A stretch of DNA of 64,000 nucleotides from an uncultured Symbiopectobacterium sp. Lineage in GTDB: Bacteria > Pseudomonadota > Gammaproteobacteria > Enterobacterales > Enterobacteriaceae. The notes under the pieces are model-generated. The model did no database searches, was not told where the DNA came from, and saw nothing but the letters and a program-made list of their open reading frames with translations. This document shows, one piece after another, positions 34,762-45,753 of this stretch (positions within the stretch are counted from its first letter, which is position 1; each line of letters begins with the position of its first letter). Location: contig CAXYYB010000008.1 in the NCBI GenBank assembly GCA_964293225.1, positions 12,407 through 76,406 of the forward strand, read 5' to 3'. Made by a program: the position numbers and the translations under genes.

Positions 34762-34926
34762 ACTCCTCTCCAATAGGTTGGTAAAACATAACCCCTGATA
34801 AAACGCATAGCGGTAACAAACAACGTTACGTCATGGCAGTAAGATCAAGGTTCATAGGGATATAAGCACGTGCTGCATATATGAAAAAACAATATCAAGA
34901 GAAAAAGTCTACCGCATTTATAAAGC

Positions 34927-34957
34927 AACACCCCCGCGCCAGCGACGCGGGGGTGTT
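34927..34957 (-). terminator. 12-bp GC-rich hairpin downstream of ptsO
   Basis: AACACCCCCGCG-CCAGCGA-CGCGGGGGTGTT. On the minus strand it is followed by GCTTTATAAA. Confidence 0.65.
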
Positions 34958-35049
34958 AATAAAAATGACAGATAACTTGTAACGAAGTTATACCATAAGG
35001 TAGCGTTATTACCTATGGCATTGTCGATTTTTGGGATTATTGTCGCGTG

Positions 35050-35322
35050 TTACTCTTCATCAAACCCGGCTTCGAATAACTCAACCACTGCCGCCAGTGC
35101 GGCGGTTTCATCTGTGCCGCTGGCTTCCACTTCAATGTGTTTACCCTGGGCGGAATCCAGCATGATCATGGCGATCACGCTGCTGGCTTCCGCCTCAACG
35201 CCGCTTTCGTTACGCAGCATCACTTCGGCATCAAAGCTTTGCACCAGCTCAAACAGCTTCATCGCCGGGCGCGCGTGCATGCCTAGCTTATTCTTGACGA
35301 TGACGGTGTGTTTTACGGTCAT
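35050..35322 (-). CDS. ptsO: nitrogen-PTS phosphocarrier protein NPr
   Basis: 90 aa: [28 protein letters not shown]... Confidence 0.95.
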   Translation of the reverse strand: MTVKHTVIVKNKLGMHARPAMKLFELVQSFDAEVMLRNESGVEAEASSVIAMIMLDSAQGKHIEVEASGTDETAALAAVVELFEAGFDEE

Positions 35323-36173
35323 TATTTACGTTTTTCCAGCGTGCGGTGGCGGGACTGTACGTTTTTGCCGCGCGAGCGGAAATAGTCTGCCAGTTGCTCA
35401 GCCACATAGACGGAACGGTGTTTGCCGCCGGTACAGCCAATGGCAACCGTCAGGTAGCTGCGGTTGTTGGTTTCCAGCATCGGCAGCCACAACTCCAGAT
35501 AGCTGCGCGTTTGGTAAATAAAGTTGTGCACTTCGGTATGGCGATCGAGGAACGCGGCAACCGGCTTGTCCAGCCCGGTCATCGGACGTAATTTCGGATC
35601 CCAGTGGGGGTTAGGCAGGAAGCGCACATCAAAGACGTAATCCGCATCGATGGGAATGCCGTGCTTGTAACCAAAGGATTCGAACACCATGGTCAGTTCA
35701 CGCTCGCGTTTGCCCAACAGCCGAGTACGCAGCATTTCCGCCAGTTCATGCACCGACATTTCAGAGGTATCAATGATCAGATCGGCGCGAGAACGCAACG
35801 GTTCCAGCAGGTCGTTCTCTTCATCAATGGCGCTTTCCAGCGAAAGATTTTTGCTGGAAAGGGGGTGTAAACGGCGCGTATCGCTGTAACGGCGAATCAG
35901 CGTATTGCGATCGGCATCCAGAAACAGCAGCTGCGGCGCAAAACTGGGCGGCAACTGATCCATGGCGTGCTCAAAGATTTCCGGCGATTCAGGCATGTTA
36001 CGCACGTCAATGCTGACCGCTGCCGAGATATCGCGTTGTGCCAGCGTGTTGGCCAGTTCCGGCAGCAACACCACGGGCAGGTTGTCCACGCAATAAAAGC
36101 CCATATCTTCCAGGGCGCGCAGGGCCACAGATTTTCCTGAACCTGAGCGACCACTGACAATCATCAGCACCAT
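35322..36173 (-). CDS. rapZ: RNase adapter protein RapZ
   Basis: 283 aa: [33 protein letters not shown]... Confidence 0.96.
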   Translation of the reverse strand: MVLMIVSGRSGSGKSVALRALEDMGFYCVDNLPVVLLPELANTLAQRDISAAVSIDVRNMPESPEIFEHAMDQLPPSFAPQLLFLDADRNTLIRRYSDTRRLHPLSSKNLSLESAIDEENDLLEPLRSRADLIIDTSEMSVHELAEMLRTRLLGKRERELTMVFESFGYKHGIPIDADYVFDVRFLPNPHWDPKLRPMTGLDKPVAAFLDRHTEVHNFIYQTRSYLELWLPMLETNNRSYLTVAIGCTGGKHRSVYVAEQLADYFRSRGKNVQSRHRTLEKRK

Positions 36174-36288
36174 CCGACGACTCCCCTCCGGCTATAGCCT
36201 GCTTTTGTTACACCCTGACCGAGTGATTCATCTGTATGACGCATATCGTAGCGCGAATATCTGAATGTCGCGCACGTTCTAGCGGGGA

Positions 36289-36762
36289 TTAATCCCCTTC
36301 AATCATAATTTGGTAAAGCTCTTCGTCACTTTGTGCTGCCCGTAAACGCCGACACACACTTTTGTCAGCCAGACGTTTGGCGACAAGCGACAGTGTATGT
36401 AGATGGGTTTTACATTGTTCTGCGGGAACCAGCAAGGCAAAAAGCAAGTCTACGCCTTGATTATCAATAGCATCAAAGGATATAGGCTGTTCAAGCTGGA
36501 TAAAGACCCCGGTGGCGCCCAAGGCGTTATTATCATCGAGTTTTCCGTGTGGGATCGCGATACCGCCGCCAATACCGGTACTGCCCATTCTTTCACGCGT
36601 CAGCAATGCCTCGAAGATCAGCGGGGTCGGAAGGTTTAGCTGCCTGGCTGCCAATTCGCTGATGATTTCCAACGCCCGTTTCTTGCTTTGGCAATGAACG
36701 GTGCTGCGGGTGCACTCTTGGCGTAATACCGCGCTGAGTTGCAAAATGGGATCGTTATTCAT
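36289..36762 (-). CDS. ptsN: nitrogen-PTS EIIA-Ntr
   Basis: 157 aa counted from MNNDPILQLSAVLRQECTRSTVHCQSKKRALE...IAIPHGKL. The C-terminus is a few residues shorter than E. coli PtsN as I recall it. Confidence 0.93.
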   Translation of the reverse strand: MNNDPILQLSAVLRQECTRSTVHCQSKKRALEIISELAARQLNLPTPLIFEALLTRERMGSTGIGGGIAIPHGKLDDNNALGATGVFIQLEQPISFDAIDNQGVDLLFALLVPAEQCKTHLHTLSLVAKRLADKSVCRRLRAAQSDEELYQIMIEGD

Positions 36763-36795
36763 GGTGTGTTCACTTAACGGCCCGCGCATCTCTGC

Positions 36796-36822
36796 ACGCC
36801 TCTGGCGCTGTGCCAGAGGCGT
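36796..36822 (-). other. 11-bp intra-operon hairpin between hpf and ptsN
   Basis: ACGCCTCTGGC-GCTGT-GCCAGAGGCGT, with no U-tract. Confidence 0.6.
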
Positions 36823-36851
36823 ATTCCTGCGCCCGAAGGCGGAGATGACGA

Positions 36852-37139
36852 TCAGTGCTGTTTGAGTTTGTCCTTGTGTTTATTTAACTGACGCGCCAGT
36901 TTATCGATCAACAGATCGATGGCGGCATACATGTCTTCAGATTCGGATGTGGCATGCAGTTCACCGCCATTAACGAACAGCGTAGCATCGGCAATTTGCT
37001 CCACTTTCTCCACCTTGAGCACCACGTTGATCTGGTTGATACGATCAAAGTATTGCTCCAGCTTGGCAAATTTTGTGTTAACGAACTCGCGTAATGCGGG
37101 TGTGATCTCGATGTGGTGTCCGGTAATATTCAGCTGCAT
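36852..37139 (-). CDS. hpf: ribosome hibernation promoting factor
   Basis: 95 aa counted from MQLNITGHHIEITPALREFVNTKFAKLEQYFDRINQ... Confidence 0.95.
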   Translation of the reverse strand: MQLNITGHHIEITPALREFVNTKFAKLEQYFDRINQINVVLKVEKVEQIADATLFVNGGELHATSESEDMYAAIDLLIDKLARQLNKHKDKLKQH

Positions 37140-37162
37140 AGCGTCTTCCTTCTCTGTAGAAA

Positions 37163-38596
37163 TCAAACCAACTGCTTACGCTGGTTTGACGGCGGGATGG
37201 ATAAAGACTCTCGGTACTTTGCGACGGTACGCCGCGCGACAATGATCCCCTGATCGGAGAGCAGCGTTGTCAGCTTGCTGTCACTCAAGGGTTTGCCGGG
37301 GTTTTCCGCCGCGATCAATTTTTTCACCAGCGCCCGAATTGCAGTGGATGATGCCTCACCGCCGCTGTCGGTATTTACATGGCTGGAGAAGAAATATTTT
37401 AGTTCGAAAATGCCTCGTGGGCTGTGAAGAAATTTCTGGGTTGTGACGCGTGAGATGGTTGATTCATGCATATCCACAGCCTGAGCGATATCCGCCAGCA
37501 CCATGGGTTTCATAAACTCTTCACCTTTCTCAAAGAAATCCTGCTGTTGTTCCACAATGCAGCGTGTGACCTTAAGCAGCGTATCGTTGCGGCTCTCCAG
37601 ACTTTTTATCAGCCAGCGCGCCTCTTGCAGGTGGCTGCGGATAAATTGGCTGTCGCTGTCGTTACGTGCGCTGTGGCCGAGCGCGGCATACTGCTGGTTG
37701 ACTTGCAGGCGCGGCACGCTGTCAGTGTTGAGTTCCACCACCCAGCGGTCTTGATGCTTGCGCACTAGCACGTCGGGGATCACATACTCCGACTCGCCGG
37801 TATTGATGGATTGGCCCGGACGCGGATCGAGTGACTGAATCAGTGCCAGCGCCTCTTTAAGCGCATCCTCTTTAATGCGACTGGCGCGAATCAGCGTGCG
37901 AAAATCATGATTGGCCAGCAAATCAAGGTAGTCATTGACGATAAGCTTGGCTTCCGCCAGCCACGGGGTTTCTGGGGCAAACTGCGACAGTTGGATTTGC
38001 AGACAATCGCGCAAATCACGCGCTGCTACGCCGACCGGGTCAAAACGTTGCACGCGTTTTAACACCGCTTCCACTTCCTCAATCGTCACGTCATCGTCGC
38101 CGATGCTCTCGAGAATGTCTTCCAGGGGAACGGTCAGATAGCCGGTGGTGTCCACAGCATCGACAATCGACGTGGCGATAGCCGCATCGGTGTCAGAAAA
38201 CGGCGTCAATTCCACCTGCCACATCAGGTAATCCTGCAAAGTTTGCGTGGTTTCACCCTGATAGACAGGCAGTTCTTCGTCGCGGTAATCGGTGCCGGTG
38301 CCTGAGGGCGTGCCTGCGGAGTAGATTTCATCCCAGGTGGCGTCCAGCGGCAGTTCTTCCGGCATGTCTTTTTGCTCAAGGGCTTCGCGCGTATCCAGCG
38401 ATTCGCTGTCGCTAGTTTCCTGAGTATCGATTTCATCGTGGCTGTCGGTTTGTTCAAGCAACGGGTTGCTTTCCAGCGCTTGTTGGATCTCTTGCTGGAG
38501 TTCAAGCGTAGACAACTGAAGCAGACGAATTGCCTGCTGAAGTTGTGGCGTCATGGCCAGTTGTTGACTTAGCCTGAGTTGCAAACCTTGCTTCAT
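37163..38596 (-). CDS. rpoN: RNA polymerase sigma-54
   Basis: 477 aa counted from [36 protein letters not shown], with the RpoN box ARRTVAKYR. Confidence 0.98.
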   Translation of the reverse strand: MKQGLQLRLSQQLAMTPQLQQAIRLLQLSTLELQQEIQQALESNPLLEQTDSHDEIDTQETSDSESLDTREALEQKDMPEELPLDATWDEIYSAGTPSGTGTDYRDEELPVYQGETTQTLQDYLMWQVELTPFSDTDAAIATSIVDAVDTTGYLTVPLEDILESIGDDDVTIEEVEAVLKRVQRFDPVGVAARDLRDCLQIQLSQFAPETPWLAEAKLIVNDYLDLLANHDFRTLIRASRIKEDALKEALALIQSLDPRPGQSINTGESEYVIPDVLVRKHQDRWVVELNTDSVPRLQVNQQYAALGHSARNDSDSQFIRSHLQEARWLIKSLESRNDTLLKVTRCIVEQQQDFFEKGEEFMKPMVLADIAQAVDMHESTISRVTTQKFLHSPRGIFELKYFFSSHVNTDSGGEASSTAIRALVKKLIAAENPGKPLSDSKLTTLLSDQGIIVARRTVAKYRESLSIPPSNQRKQLV

Positions 38597-38647
38597 AACT
38601 CGTGTCACTTTCCCTTAAATGGAACGCCCATTGCAAACGTTACAGTA

Positions 38648-39373
38648 TCAAAGTCGGAAGCCTTCGCCCAGATAGACGCGTTTCACCTGCTCATCCTCCA
38701 GGATTTCGCGGGGTGAACCGTGGGAAATAAGCTGCCCCTGGCTGACGATATAGGCGCGTTCGCACACATCCAACGTTTCACGCACGTTGTGATCGGTAAT
38801 CAGCACGCCCAGGCCGCTGTCGCGCAGGTGCTCAATGATTTTTTTTATGTCGAGCACCGAAATCGGATCGACACCGGCAAAGGGCTCATCCAGCAAAATA
38901 AATTTGGGATTGGCCGCCAGTGCGCGAGCGATCTCTACGCGACGACGTTCGCCGCCGGACAGGGATTGTCCCAGACTATCGCGTAAATGAATAATATGGA
39001 ATTCTTCCATTAACTCATTGGCGCGATCGTCCTGCTGCTCCGGCGTCAGGTCTTTGCGAATCTGCAACACGGCCATCAGGTTGTCATAGACGCTCAAACG
39101 GCGAAAGATCGACGCTTCCTGCGGCAAATAGCCGATGCCGCGGCGCGCGCGTTCGTGCAAGGGCAGCAAGCTTATCTCTTCATCATCAATCACGATCCGC
39201 CCGGAATCGCGCTGGACAATGCCGACAACCATATAGAATGTCGTGGTCTTTCCCGCACCATTCGGCCCGAGCAACCCGACGATTTCACCGGAGTTGACCG
39301 TTAAACTTACGTTTTCGACCACACGACGGCCTTTGTAGGCCTTCGCTAGGTTTTCTGCGATTAATGTTGCCAT
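38648..39373 (-). CDS. lptB: LPS export ABC transporter ATPase
   Basis: 241 aa: [19 protein letters not shown]...GPNGAGKTT... Confidence 0.97.
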   Translation of the reverse strand: MATLIAENLAKAYKGRRVVENVSLTVNSGEIVGLLGPNGAGKTTTFYMVVGIVQRDSGRIVIDDEEISLLPLHERARRGIGYLPQEASIFRRLSVYDNLMAVLQIRKDLTPEQQDDRANELMEEFHIIHLRDSLGQSLSGGERRRVEIARALAANPKFILLDEPFAGVDPISVLDIKKIIEHLRDSGLGVLITDHNVRETLDVCERAYIVSQGQLISHGSPREILEDEQVKRVYLGEGFRL

Positions 39374-39376
39374 AGG

Positions 39377-39958
39377 TTATTCAGTTGCCTGTGGTTGCTG
39401 CTTGGCTTTTTGAGACGCCGGTGCGGCAACTTTGCCGTTCTTTTCCTGTAGCTGCGAGGGCACCAGCACGGTGGCTACGCGTCCGCCTTTGTCGCCCCCC
39501 ACCGCTTCCATCTGTTGCTGTTTCACCAGATAGGTGATGCGATCGCCTTTCACGTTGCTATCCAGTTGTTCCAGATAGGCGTTACCCGTCAGCGTGATCT
39601 TATCCTGCGCCAGTTCATAGCGCACTTTCTGTGCGCGGCCTTTCATCGGCTTGCCGTTATCTTGCATCTGGTAGAAAGTGACCGGATTCCCAAAGGCTTC
39701 AATCACTTCCTGACCCTGCGCTCCCTGTGGGCGCGTGACTATGACTTTTTCGGCCTTCACATCGATGGTGCCTTGTTTGACCGTAACATTGCCGGTAAAC
39801 GTGACGGTATTGCCCTGCATGTCCAATGACTGCTGCGCGGAGTCAATGTGAATGGGCTGGCTGGTGTCTCCTGTCACAGCAAGGGCAGGCAGGCTTGCTG
39901 CTAACAGGGCGCTGGCAACGGTAGCGTGGCGCCAGACATTATTGGTGTTGAATTTCAT
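39377..39958 (-). CDS. lptA: LPS transport periplasmic protein LptA
   Basis: 193 aa with a signal peptide and OstA-like repeats. It has a short Lys/Gln/Ala-rich C-terminal extension. Confidence 0.93.
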   Translation of the reverse strand: MKFNTNNVWRHATVASALLAASLPALAVTGDTSQPIHIDSAQQSLDMQGNTVTFTGNVTVKQGTIDVKAEKVIVTRPQGAQGQEVIEAFGNPVTFYQMQDNGKPMKGRAQKVRYELAQDKITLTGNAYLEQLDSNVKGDRITYLVKQQQMEAVGGDKGGRVATVLVPSQLQEKNGKVAAPASQKAKQQPQATE

Positions 39959-40505
39959 AAGAGGTTTTTACCTTTTCAATCAATTCGGCAGTTTTGTTAC
40001 GCAAATTACCGCGCATTTTCATCCCGTTCGAGAGGAAACTGGCTCCGTACAGTGTCACCTCATCATCGGAGGCGATGTCCTGTGTCACCAGGTTAACTTG
40101 CGCATTATCGGTTTTTATCTGCCGTAATTGTGAGTCATTGGTCAGACTGTTGACTTCCACATGCCCGTATAAGAACAACATTTTATCTTTGGTCAACTTG
40201 GCGCGGTCGGCTTGCACCGACCAGGTGGCGACACCCTGCTCGTTAAACAGCGTAGCGACCGGCGCAGTAAACCAGGTGAGCTGTTCCGCGTTAAAATACT
40301 CCACTTTTTGCGCCACGAGACGATAGTTCAGGCCACCCTGCGGGTTAAACACGCGCGTGGTGGTTTCATCGCTGGTGTAGGTTGGCACCGCATTGTCCTG
40401 GGTTTCCGTCTGTGGCGCACTGTCCTGATCCGTCAGGTTCAAGCCAATCAGAATCAATACAATGAGCGCCAACAGCGCGGTTAGCCAACGCTTTGTCTTA
40501 TTCAT
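39939..40505 (-). CDS. lptC: LPS export system protein LptC
   Basis: 188 aa with an N-terminal anchor. It overlaps the lptA start by 20 nt. Confidence 0.92.
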   Translation of the reverse strand: MNKTKRWLTALLALIVLILIGLNLTDQDSAPQTETQDNAVPTYTSDETTTRVFNPQGGLNYRLVAQKVEYFNAEQLTWFTAPVATLFNEQGVATWSVQADRAKLTKDKMLFLYGHVEVNSLTNDSQLRQIKTDNAQVNLVTQDIASDDEVTLYGASFLSNGMKMRGNLRNKTAELIEKVKTSYEIQHQ

Positions 40506-40538
40506 AATAAAAACGTACTCATGGTCATCGCAAACTCA

Positions 40539-40565
40539 TGTCGTAGCACTCTTCTGTCGTAGCAC
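40539..40565. repeat. 11-nt direct repeat x2 in the kdsC-lptC spacer
   Basis: TGTCGTAGCAC occurs at 40539-40549 and again at 40555-40565 (period 16 nt). Confidence 0.9.
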
Positions 40566-40617
40566 ATTCGTGCCCGGACAAACGGGCGGCAATAGCTCTC
40601 TTGCTGTGACGATACCT

Positions 40618-41190
40618 TCATATCGATAGCCCTTTGGCCTCGTCCAGCTTACCCTGCGCCAGCAGGATAAGGTCGCAAAGTTCGCGTGCCGCACCACGCC
40701 CACCAGCAATTTTTGTCACGTAATCTGCCTTGGGCAGCAGCAGAGGGTGGGCATCTGCCACGGCGACGCTAAGGCCTACTTGTGCCATCACCGGCCAGTC
40801 AATCAAATCGTCACCAATATAGGCAACCTGTTCGGCGTTAAGCGACAGTGTATCTAACAGTTCACGGAAGGCCAAAACCTTATCTGACTGTCCCTGATAA
40901 AGATGGGTGATACCCAGCGTGCGGCAGCGGTCTTCCACCAGTGGCGCAGAGCGCCCGGTAATGATGGCTACCTCAATGCCGGACGTTAGCAGACAGCGAA
41001 TACCATAACCGTCGCGCACGTTAAACGCCTTCAGTTCTTCCCCTTGATTGCCCATGTAGATAAGGCCGTCGGAGAGCACGCCGTCAACATCGCAAATCAG
41101 CAATTTGATGGCTTGCGCCTTTTCCAATACCCGATCCGCGACGGGGCCGTAGCAGGTGGCGGTTTGCGCTTGGGGGGCATTCATAAACAC
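40618..41190 (-). CDS. kdsC: KDO-8-phosphate phosphatase
   Basis: About 188-190 aa: ...TCYGPVADRVLEKAQAIKLLICDVDGVLSDGLIYMGNQGEELKAFNVRDGYGI... Confidence 0.95.
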   Translation of the reverse strand: MFMNAPQAQTATCYGPVADRVLEKAQAIKLLICDVDGVLSDGLIYMGNQGEELKAFNVRDGYGIRCLLTSGIEVAIITGRSAPLVEDRCRTLGITHLYQGQSDKVLAFRELLDTLSLNAEQVAYIGDDLIDWPVMAQVGLSVAVADAHPLLLPKADYVTKIAGGRGAARELCDLILLAQGKLDEAKGLSI

Positions 41191-41250
41191 ATATCCTTGA
41201 TATCACCCTTCTTTCTTTAGGGATCGCCAGAAAGACGATCCCGTTGGCTG

Positions 41251-42237
41251 TCACACCACGCCAGCGCGCAGCATATCATGCATATGGACGATACCGACCA
41301 GTCGATCGGATTGTGCCACCAGCAGCGACGTAATATGGCGCGACTGCATCAGGTTCAGCGCATCCACCGCCAACGTATTGGGGGTAACACGAATGCCGCC
41401 TGCGGTCATCAGATCGGCGATACGCGCATCGTTGAGGTTAATCTGCATATCAAAGATGCGGCGCAGGTCACCGTCGGTGAAGATACCTTCGATCGTCATG
41501 TCCGGCGTGCAAATCACGGTCATACCGAAACTCTTGCGGGTGATCTCCACCAGCGCATCACGCAATGAGGCGTCTCGGGTCACGTGGGGGATCTCGTCTC
41601 CGGTATGCATGATATCCGCAACGCGCAGCAAAAGTTTGCGGCCCAGTGCGCCACCGGGGTGAGAAAGGGCAAAGTCTTCGGCAGTGAACCCCCGTGCTTG
41701 CAACAAGGCGACGGCAAGCGCATCGCCCATCACCAGCGTGGCCGTGGTGCTGGAGGTGGGAGCCAGCCCCAACGGACAGGCTTCCTGCGGCACATGGACA
41801 CAGAGATGAATATCAGCCGCTTTACCCATGGTGCTTTCCGGGTTGCTGGTGATGCAAATCAGAAACACCCCCAGACGTTTGAGCACCGGGATCAGCGCCA
41901 GAATTTCATTGGATTCACCCGAGTTGGAGATGGCAATCACGATATCTTGCGCGGTGATCATGCCAAGGTCACCATGGCTGGCCTCACCGGGATGGACAAA
42001 AAACGAGGGGGTGCCGGTGCTGGCGAAGGTTGCCGCCATCTTGCACCCGATGTGCCCGGATTTCCCCATGCCCATGACCACCACTTTGCCCTGGCAATGG
42101 AACATGGTGCGACAAGCGCGGGTGAAGTTGTCATCGATATACTGGTCCAGATGGGCCAACCCGTCGCGTTCGATGGCGAGCACGTGGCGGCCTGCCTGTT
42201 GGAAATCGAAATCGGGCTGTTGTTCAACGTTGGACAT
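41251..42237 (-). CDS. kdsD: arabinose-5-phosphate isomerase
   Basis: 328 aa with a SIS domain followed by tandem CBS domains. Confidence 0.95.
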   Translation of the reverse strand: MSNVEQQPDFDFQQAGRHVLAIERDGLAHLDQYIDDNFTRACRTMFHCQGKVVVMGMGKSGHIGCKMAATFASTGTPSFFVHPGEASHGDLGMITAQDIVIAISNSGESNEILALIPVLKRLGVFLICITSNPESTMGKAADIHLCVHVPQEACPLGLAPTSSTTATLVMGDALAVALLQARGFTAEDFALSHPGGALGRKLLLRVADIMHTGDEIPHVTRDASLRDALVEITRKSFGMTVICTPDMTIEGIFTDGDLRRIFDMQINLNDARIADLMTAGGIRVTPNTLAVDALNLMQSRHITSLLVAQSDRLVGIVHMHDMLRAGVV

Positions 42238-42288
42238 AACGGTTAATCCTGACTATTTGAGTTTCCCAAGAAATCGAGTCGTGCGCCG

Positions 42289-43260
42289 CTAATACAGCAA
42301 AAACAGCGTCGCAAGGTAAGCAATAAACATACACAGCAACAGCGCGCCAGCACCTTGTCCGATAGAGCGTTTTTTGCGCAGGCAAAGCAGCGTCAGAAGC
42401 AGGCTGGCTCCCAGCATCACGCCGTAGTCGCGTTGAAATGCCAGCGGATTTACCGCGCCGGGTGACAGCAGCGCTGGGACGCCAAGCACGATAACCAGAT
42501 TAAAGACGTTTGACCCAATCAGGTTACCCAGCGCGATATCATCCTCTTTTTTCAACGTGCCGACGATGGCAGTGGCCAGTTCCGGCAGGCTGGTGCCAAT
42601 TGCCAGCACTGTCAGGCCAATGGTCAACTCGTCAAAGGCGAAATGGCGTGCAATCACCGTGGCATTGTCAATCACGATACGCGCCGCCATCGGTAGAATA
42701 ATCAATCCCAGCAGCAACCAGAGTACGGCAACCGTCTGGTTACCGTCAGCCTGTGCCTGCGGCAGCTCCGCCAATTGTTCACGCGTCAGGCTGTCACTGC
42801 CGTTCTGTTGTGCCTGACGCGCCATGCGCAGCATCAGCACTATCCAGGCACCCGCCGCCGCGAGCAACAGGACGCCATCAAGCCGACTGAGGTAGCCATT
42901 GTAAAGCACACCGCCGCTGAACAGCGTGATCAACAGCATGGGGAGCAGTTCACGCCGCAGCAGATCGGAACGAAAGGTCAAGGGGCGAATCAGGGCAGCA
43001 CTGCCGAGGATTAGCATGATATTGGCGATATTCGAACCCAATACGTTACCGACCGCCATGTCCATTTGCTGGTTCAGCCCCGCTGTTACCGACACCGCCA
43101 ATTCTGGCAGTGAGGTGCCGATGCCAACAATCATCACGCCGATAATCAAAGGAGAAACGCCCCACACACGGGCAAGAACGGCTGCGCCATAAACCAAACG
43201 GTCAGCACCATAAACCAAAAGAAACAAGCCAATAACCAGCAGAACTATCGCAAAAAGCAT
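42289..43260 (-). CDS. yrbG: Na+/Ca2+ exchanger-family inner membrane protein YrbG
   Basis: 323-aa polytopic protein with duplicated GSNxxN alpha-repeats, divergent from mlaF. Confidence 0.9.
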   Translation of the reverse strand: MLFAIVLLVIGLFLLVYGADRLVYGAAVLARVWGVSPLIIGVMIVGIGTSLPELAVSVTAGLNQQMDMAVGNVLGSNIANIMLILGSAALIRPLTFRSDLLRRELLPMLLITLFSGGVLYNGYLSRLDGVLLLAAAGAWIVLMLRMARQAQQNGSDSLTREQLAELPQAQADGNQTVAVLWLLLGLIILPMAARIVIDNATVIARHFAFDELTIGLTVLAIGTSLPELATAIVGTLKKEDDIALGNLIGSNVFNLVIVLGVPALLSPGAVNPLAFQRDYGVMLGASLLLTLLCLRKKRSIGQGAGALLLCMFIAYLATLFLLY

Positions 43261-43563
43261 GCAGCGTCCTTTATTCGGGTATAATCACCGGCTCATAAGG
43301 CAATGAGGCGGTGCGCGGACGAATGTCGAGCAAAAATTGCGTTGCATCGTAGAGGGGTAATTTTGACTGTCTGGACAGAAAAAGTAAAACCTATGGCAGC
43401 CAGAACCCGCCCTTTTCGGTAAGAATTGTCGGTAATATTTTGTAAAACTCGGGCTTTGCCAGAAACCTGCCGTTAAGCTTGATAATAAATGCAACGGTTG
43501 TTGCACGTCATGGACGTATAACCGCGACGATCGTCAAGGGGAGTGAGTGAAGGAAAAGATCGC

Positions 43564-44376
43564 ATGAACCAAGAGGCTACTCATCTGGTTGACATTCGTG
43601 GGCTCAATTTTTCGCGCGGCGAGCGGCCCATTTTCACCGATGTTTCATTAACCGTACCTAAAGGGAAAGTCACCGCTATCATGGGGCCCTCCGGTATCGG
43701 TAAAACCACATTGCTGCGCCTGATTGGCGGTCAGCTTCAGCCGGACAGCGGCGAGATCTGGTTTGATGGAGAGAATATTCCAACGCTCTCCCGTTCCCGA
43801 TTGTATGACGTGCGTAAGAAGATGAGCATGTTGTTCCAGTCTGGCGCGCTGTTCACCGATCTTACGGTGTTTGAGAACGTGGCCTGGCCACTGCGAGAAC
43901 ATACACAACTGCCGGAAGCGCTGTTACACAGCACGGTGCTGATGAAGCTGGAAGCGGTCGGGTTACGCGGTGCGGCCAACCTGATGCCTTCCGAGCTCTC
44001 AGGAGGGATGGCCCGCCGTGCTGCACTGGCTCGCGCTATTGCGCTCGATCCGCAAATGATCATGTTCGATGAGCCTTTTGTCGGTCAGGATCCGATCACC
44101 ATGGGCGTGTTGGTGAAGCTTATTGATGAACTAAACCATGCACTGGGCATCACCTGCGTGGTGGTCTCCCATGACGTGCCGGAGGTGCTGAGCATTGCTG
44201 ACTATGCCTATATCGTGGCGGATCAGCACATTGTTGCGCACGGCTCGGTGGCGGCGCTGCGTGCGAATACCGATCCTCGGGTTCGGCAATTTATTGACGG
44301 CATTGCTGATGGCCCCGTGCCGTTTCGCTTCCCTGCTGGTGACTACAAAACCAGCCTGTTAGGCTCCGGGAGTTAA
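43564..44376 (+). CDS. mlaF: phospholipid ABC transporter ATPase MlaF
   Basis: 270 aa counted from [24 protein letters not shown]...GPSGIGKTT... Confidence 0.95.
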   Translation: MNQEATHLVDIRGLNFSRGERPIFTDVSLTVPKGKVTAIMGPSGIGKTTLLRLIGGQLQPDSGEIWFDGENIPTLSRSRLYDVRKKMSMLFQSGALFTDLTVFENVAWPLREHTQLPEALLHSTVLMKLEAVGLRGAANLMPSELSGGMARRAALARAIALDPQMIMFDEPFVGQDPITMGVLVKLIDELNHALGITCVVVSHDVPEVLSIADYAYIVADQHIVAHGSVAALRANTDPRVRQFIDGIADGPVPFRFPAGDYKTSLLGSGS

Positions 44377-44383
44377 TCAATTC

Positions 44384-45166
44384 ATGCTACGAGAAGCATT
44401 GGCGTCGTTGGGACGTCAGGGAATCCGGTCCTGTGCTGCCTTTGGTCGTGCCGGGTTCATGTTGTTTAATGCGCTGGTGGGCCGTCCCGAACTGCGCAAG
44501 CAAGGCCCGCTGTTGCTCAAGCAACTGCACAGCGTTGGGGTGCAGTCACTGTTGATCATCCTGGTGTCTGGCCTCTTTATCGGTATGGTGTTGGGGCTGC
44601 AAGGGTATCTCGTGCTGACCACCTACAGCGCCGAGGCCAGTTTGGGCATGATGGTGGCGCTCTCTCTGCTGCGCGAACTGGGGCCGGTGGTCACTGCGCT
44701 GTTGTTTGCTGGCCGTGCCGGATCGGCCCTGACAGCGGAAATCGGCCTGATGAAAGCCACCGAGCAGCTCTCCAGCATGGAGATGATGGCGGTAGACCCG
44801 CTGCGGCGCGTGGTGGCCCCGCGTTTCTGGGCCGGGCTTATCAGCATGCCGCTGCTGACGATCATTTTCGTGGCGGTTGGCATCTGGGGCGGCGCGTTGG
44901 TTGGGGTGAACTGGAAGGGCATCGATGATGGCTTCTTTTGGTCAGCGATGCAGGGCGCCGTCGAGTGGCGCAAGGATCTGCTGAACTGCGTGATCAAAAG
45001 TGTGGTATTTGCGATTACCGTGACCTGGATTGCGTTGTTCAATGGCTATGATGCGATCCCGACTTCTGAGGGGATCAGCCGGGCGACGACGCGCACGGTA
45101 GTGCATTCGTCATTGGCGGTATTGGGATTGGATTTTGTGCTGACAGCACTGATGTTTGGGAACTGA
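44384..45166 (+). CDS. mlaE: phospholipid ABC transporter permease MlaE
   Basis: 260-aa polytopic protein in the conserved position. Confidence 0.95.
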   Translation: MLREALASLGRQGIRSCAAFGRAGFMLFNALVGRPELRKQGPLLLKQLHSVGVQSLLIILVSGLFIGMVLGLQGYLVLTTYSAEASLGMMVALSLLRELGPVVTALLFAGRAGSALTAEIGLMKATEQLSSMEMMAVDPLRRVVAPRFWAGLISMPLLTIIFVAVGIWGGALVGVNWKGIDDGFFWSAMQGAVEWRKDLLNCVIKSVVFAITVTWIALFNGYDAIPTSEGISRATTRTVVHSSLAVLGLDFVLTALMFGN

Positions 45167-45170
45167 GTCG

Positions 45171-45737
45171 ATGCAAACAAAGCGAAGTGAAATCTGGGTT
45201 GGTGTTTTTCTGTTGATCGCCCTGGGCGCCATTATTTTTCTCTGTTTGAAAGTCGCCGATGTGAAGTCTATCGGCAGCGAACAGACTTACCGGCTGTACG
45301 CCACGTTTGACAACATTGGCGGCCTGAAAGCGCGTTCTCCGATCAAAGTCGGTGGTGTGGTGATTGGTCGCGTTGCTGATATTTCGTTGGATACTAAAAC
45401 CTATTTGCCGCGCGTTGCCATGGATATCCAACGCCGTTACGACCATATTCCTGACACCAGTTCGCTGGCTATCCGCACCTCCGGGCTGTTGGGCGAACAG
45501 TATCTGGCGCTGAATATTGGCTTCGAAGATGAAGAAATGGGCACCAAAATCCTCGCTGATGGCGGTGTGATTCAGGACACCAAATCCGCCATGGTGCTGG
45601 AAGACTTAATCGGACAATTCCTCTATAAGAGCGGGGGAGATAGCACCGACAATACGGGAAAAACGGAATCTGTGTCGCAACACGAGCCGGCATTGACGCC
45701 AGCGCCGTCTGCTCCTGCGCCGGGCGCAGCACAATAA
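45171..45737 (+). CDS. mlaD: MCE-domain phospholipid-binding protein MlaD
   Basis: 188 aa counted from [29 protein letters not shown]... Confidence 0.94.
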   Translation: MQTKRSEIWVGVFLLIALGAIIFLCLKVADVKSIGSEQTYRLYATFDNIGGLKARSPIKVGGVVIGRVADISLDTKTYLPRVAMDIQRRYDHIPDTSSLAIRTSGLLGEQYLALNIGFEDEEMGTKILADGGVIQDTKSAMVLEDLIGQFLYKSGGDSTDNTGKTESVSQHEPALTPAPSAPAPGAAQ

Positions 45738-45753
45738 TCAAGAGGACATCTGC

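Noticed and set aside
31856-34773. yjgA-pmbA-(orphan)-rnk lie between aaeB and ptsO. msrQP lies between aroQ and csrD. The mdh/argR block between murA and degS is absent. All three differ from the E. coli K-12 order.
   Set aside because: Such block rearrangements are ordinary lineage-specific synteny differences among Enterobacterales. All genes are intact and no mobile-element signatures sit at the junctions. I do not treat this as novel by itself.
34881-34982. 33-codon ORF (MKKQYQEKKSTAFIKQHPRASDAGVLIKMTDNL) between rnk and ptsO.
   Set aside because: It reads straight through the 12-bp GC hairpin that is better explained as the ptsO-operon terminator. There is no SD and no reason to expect conservation.
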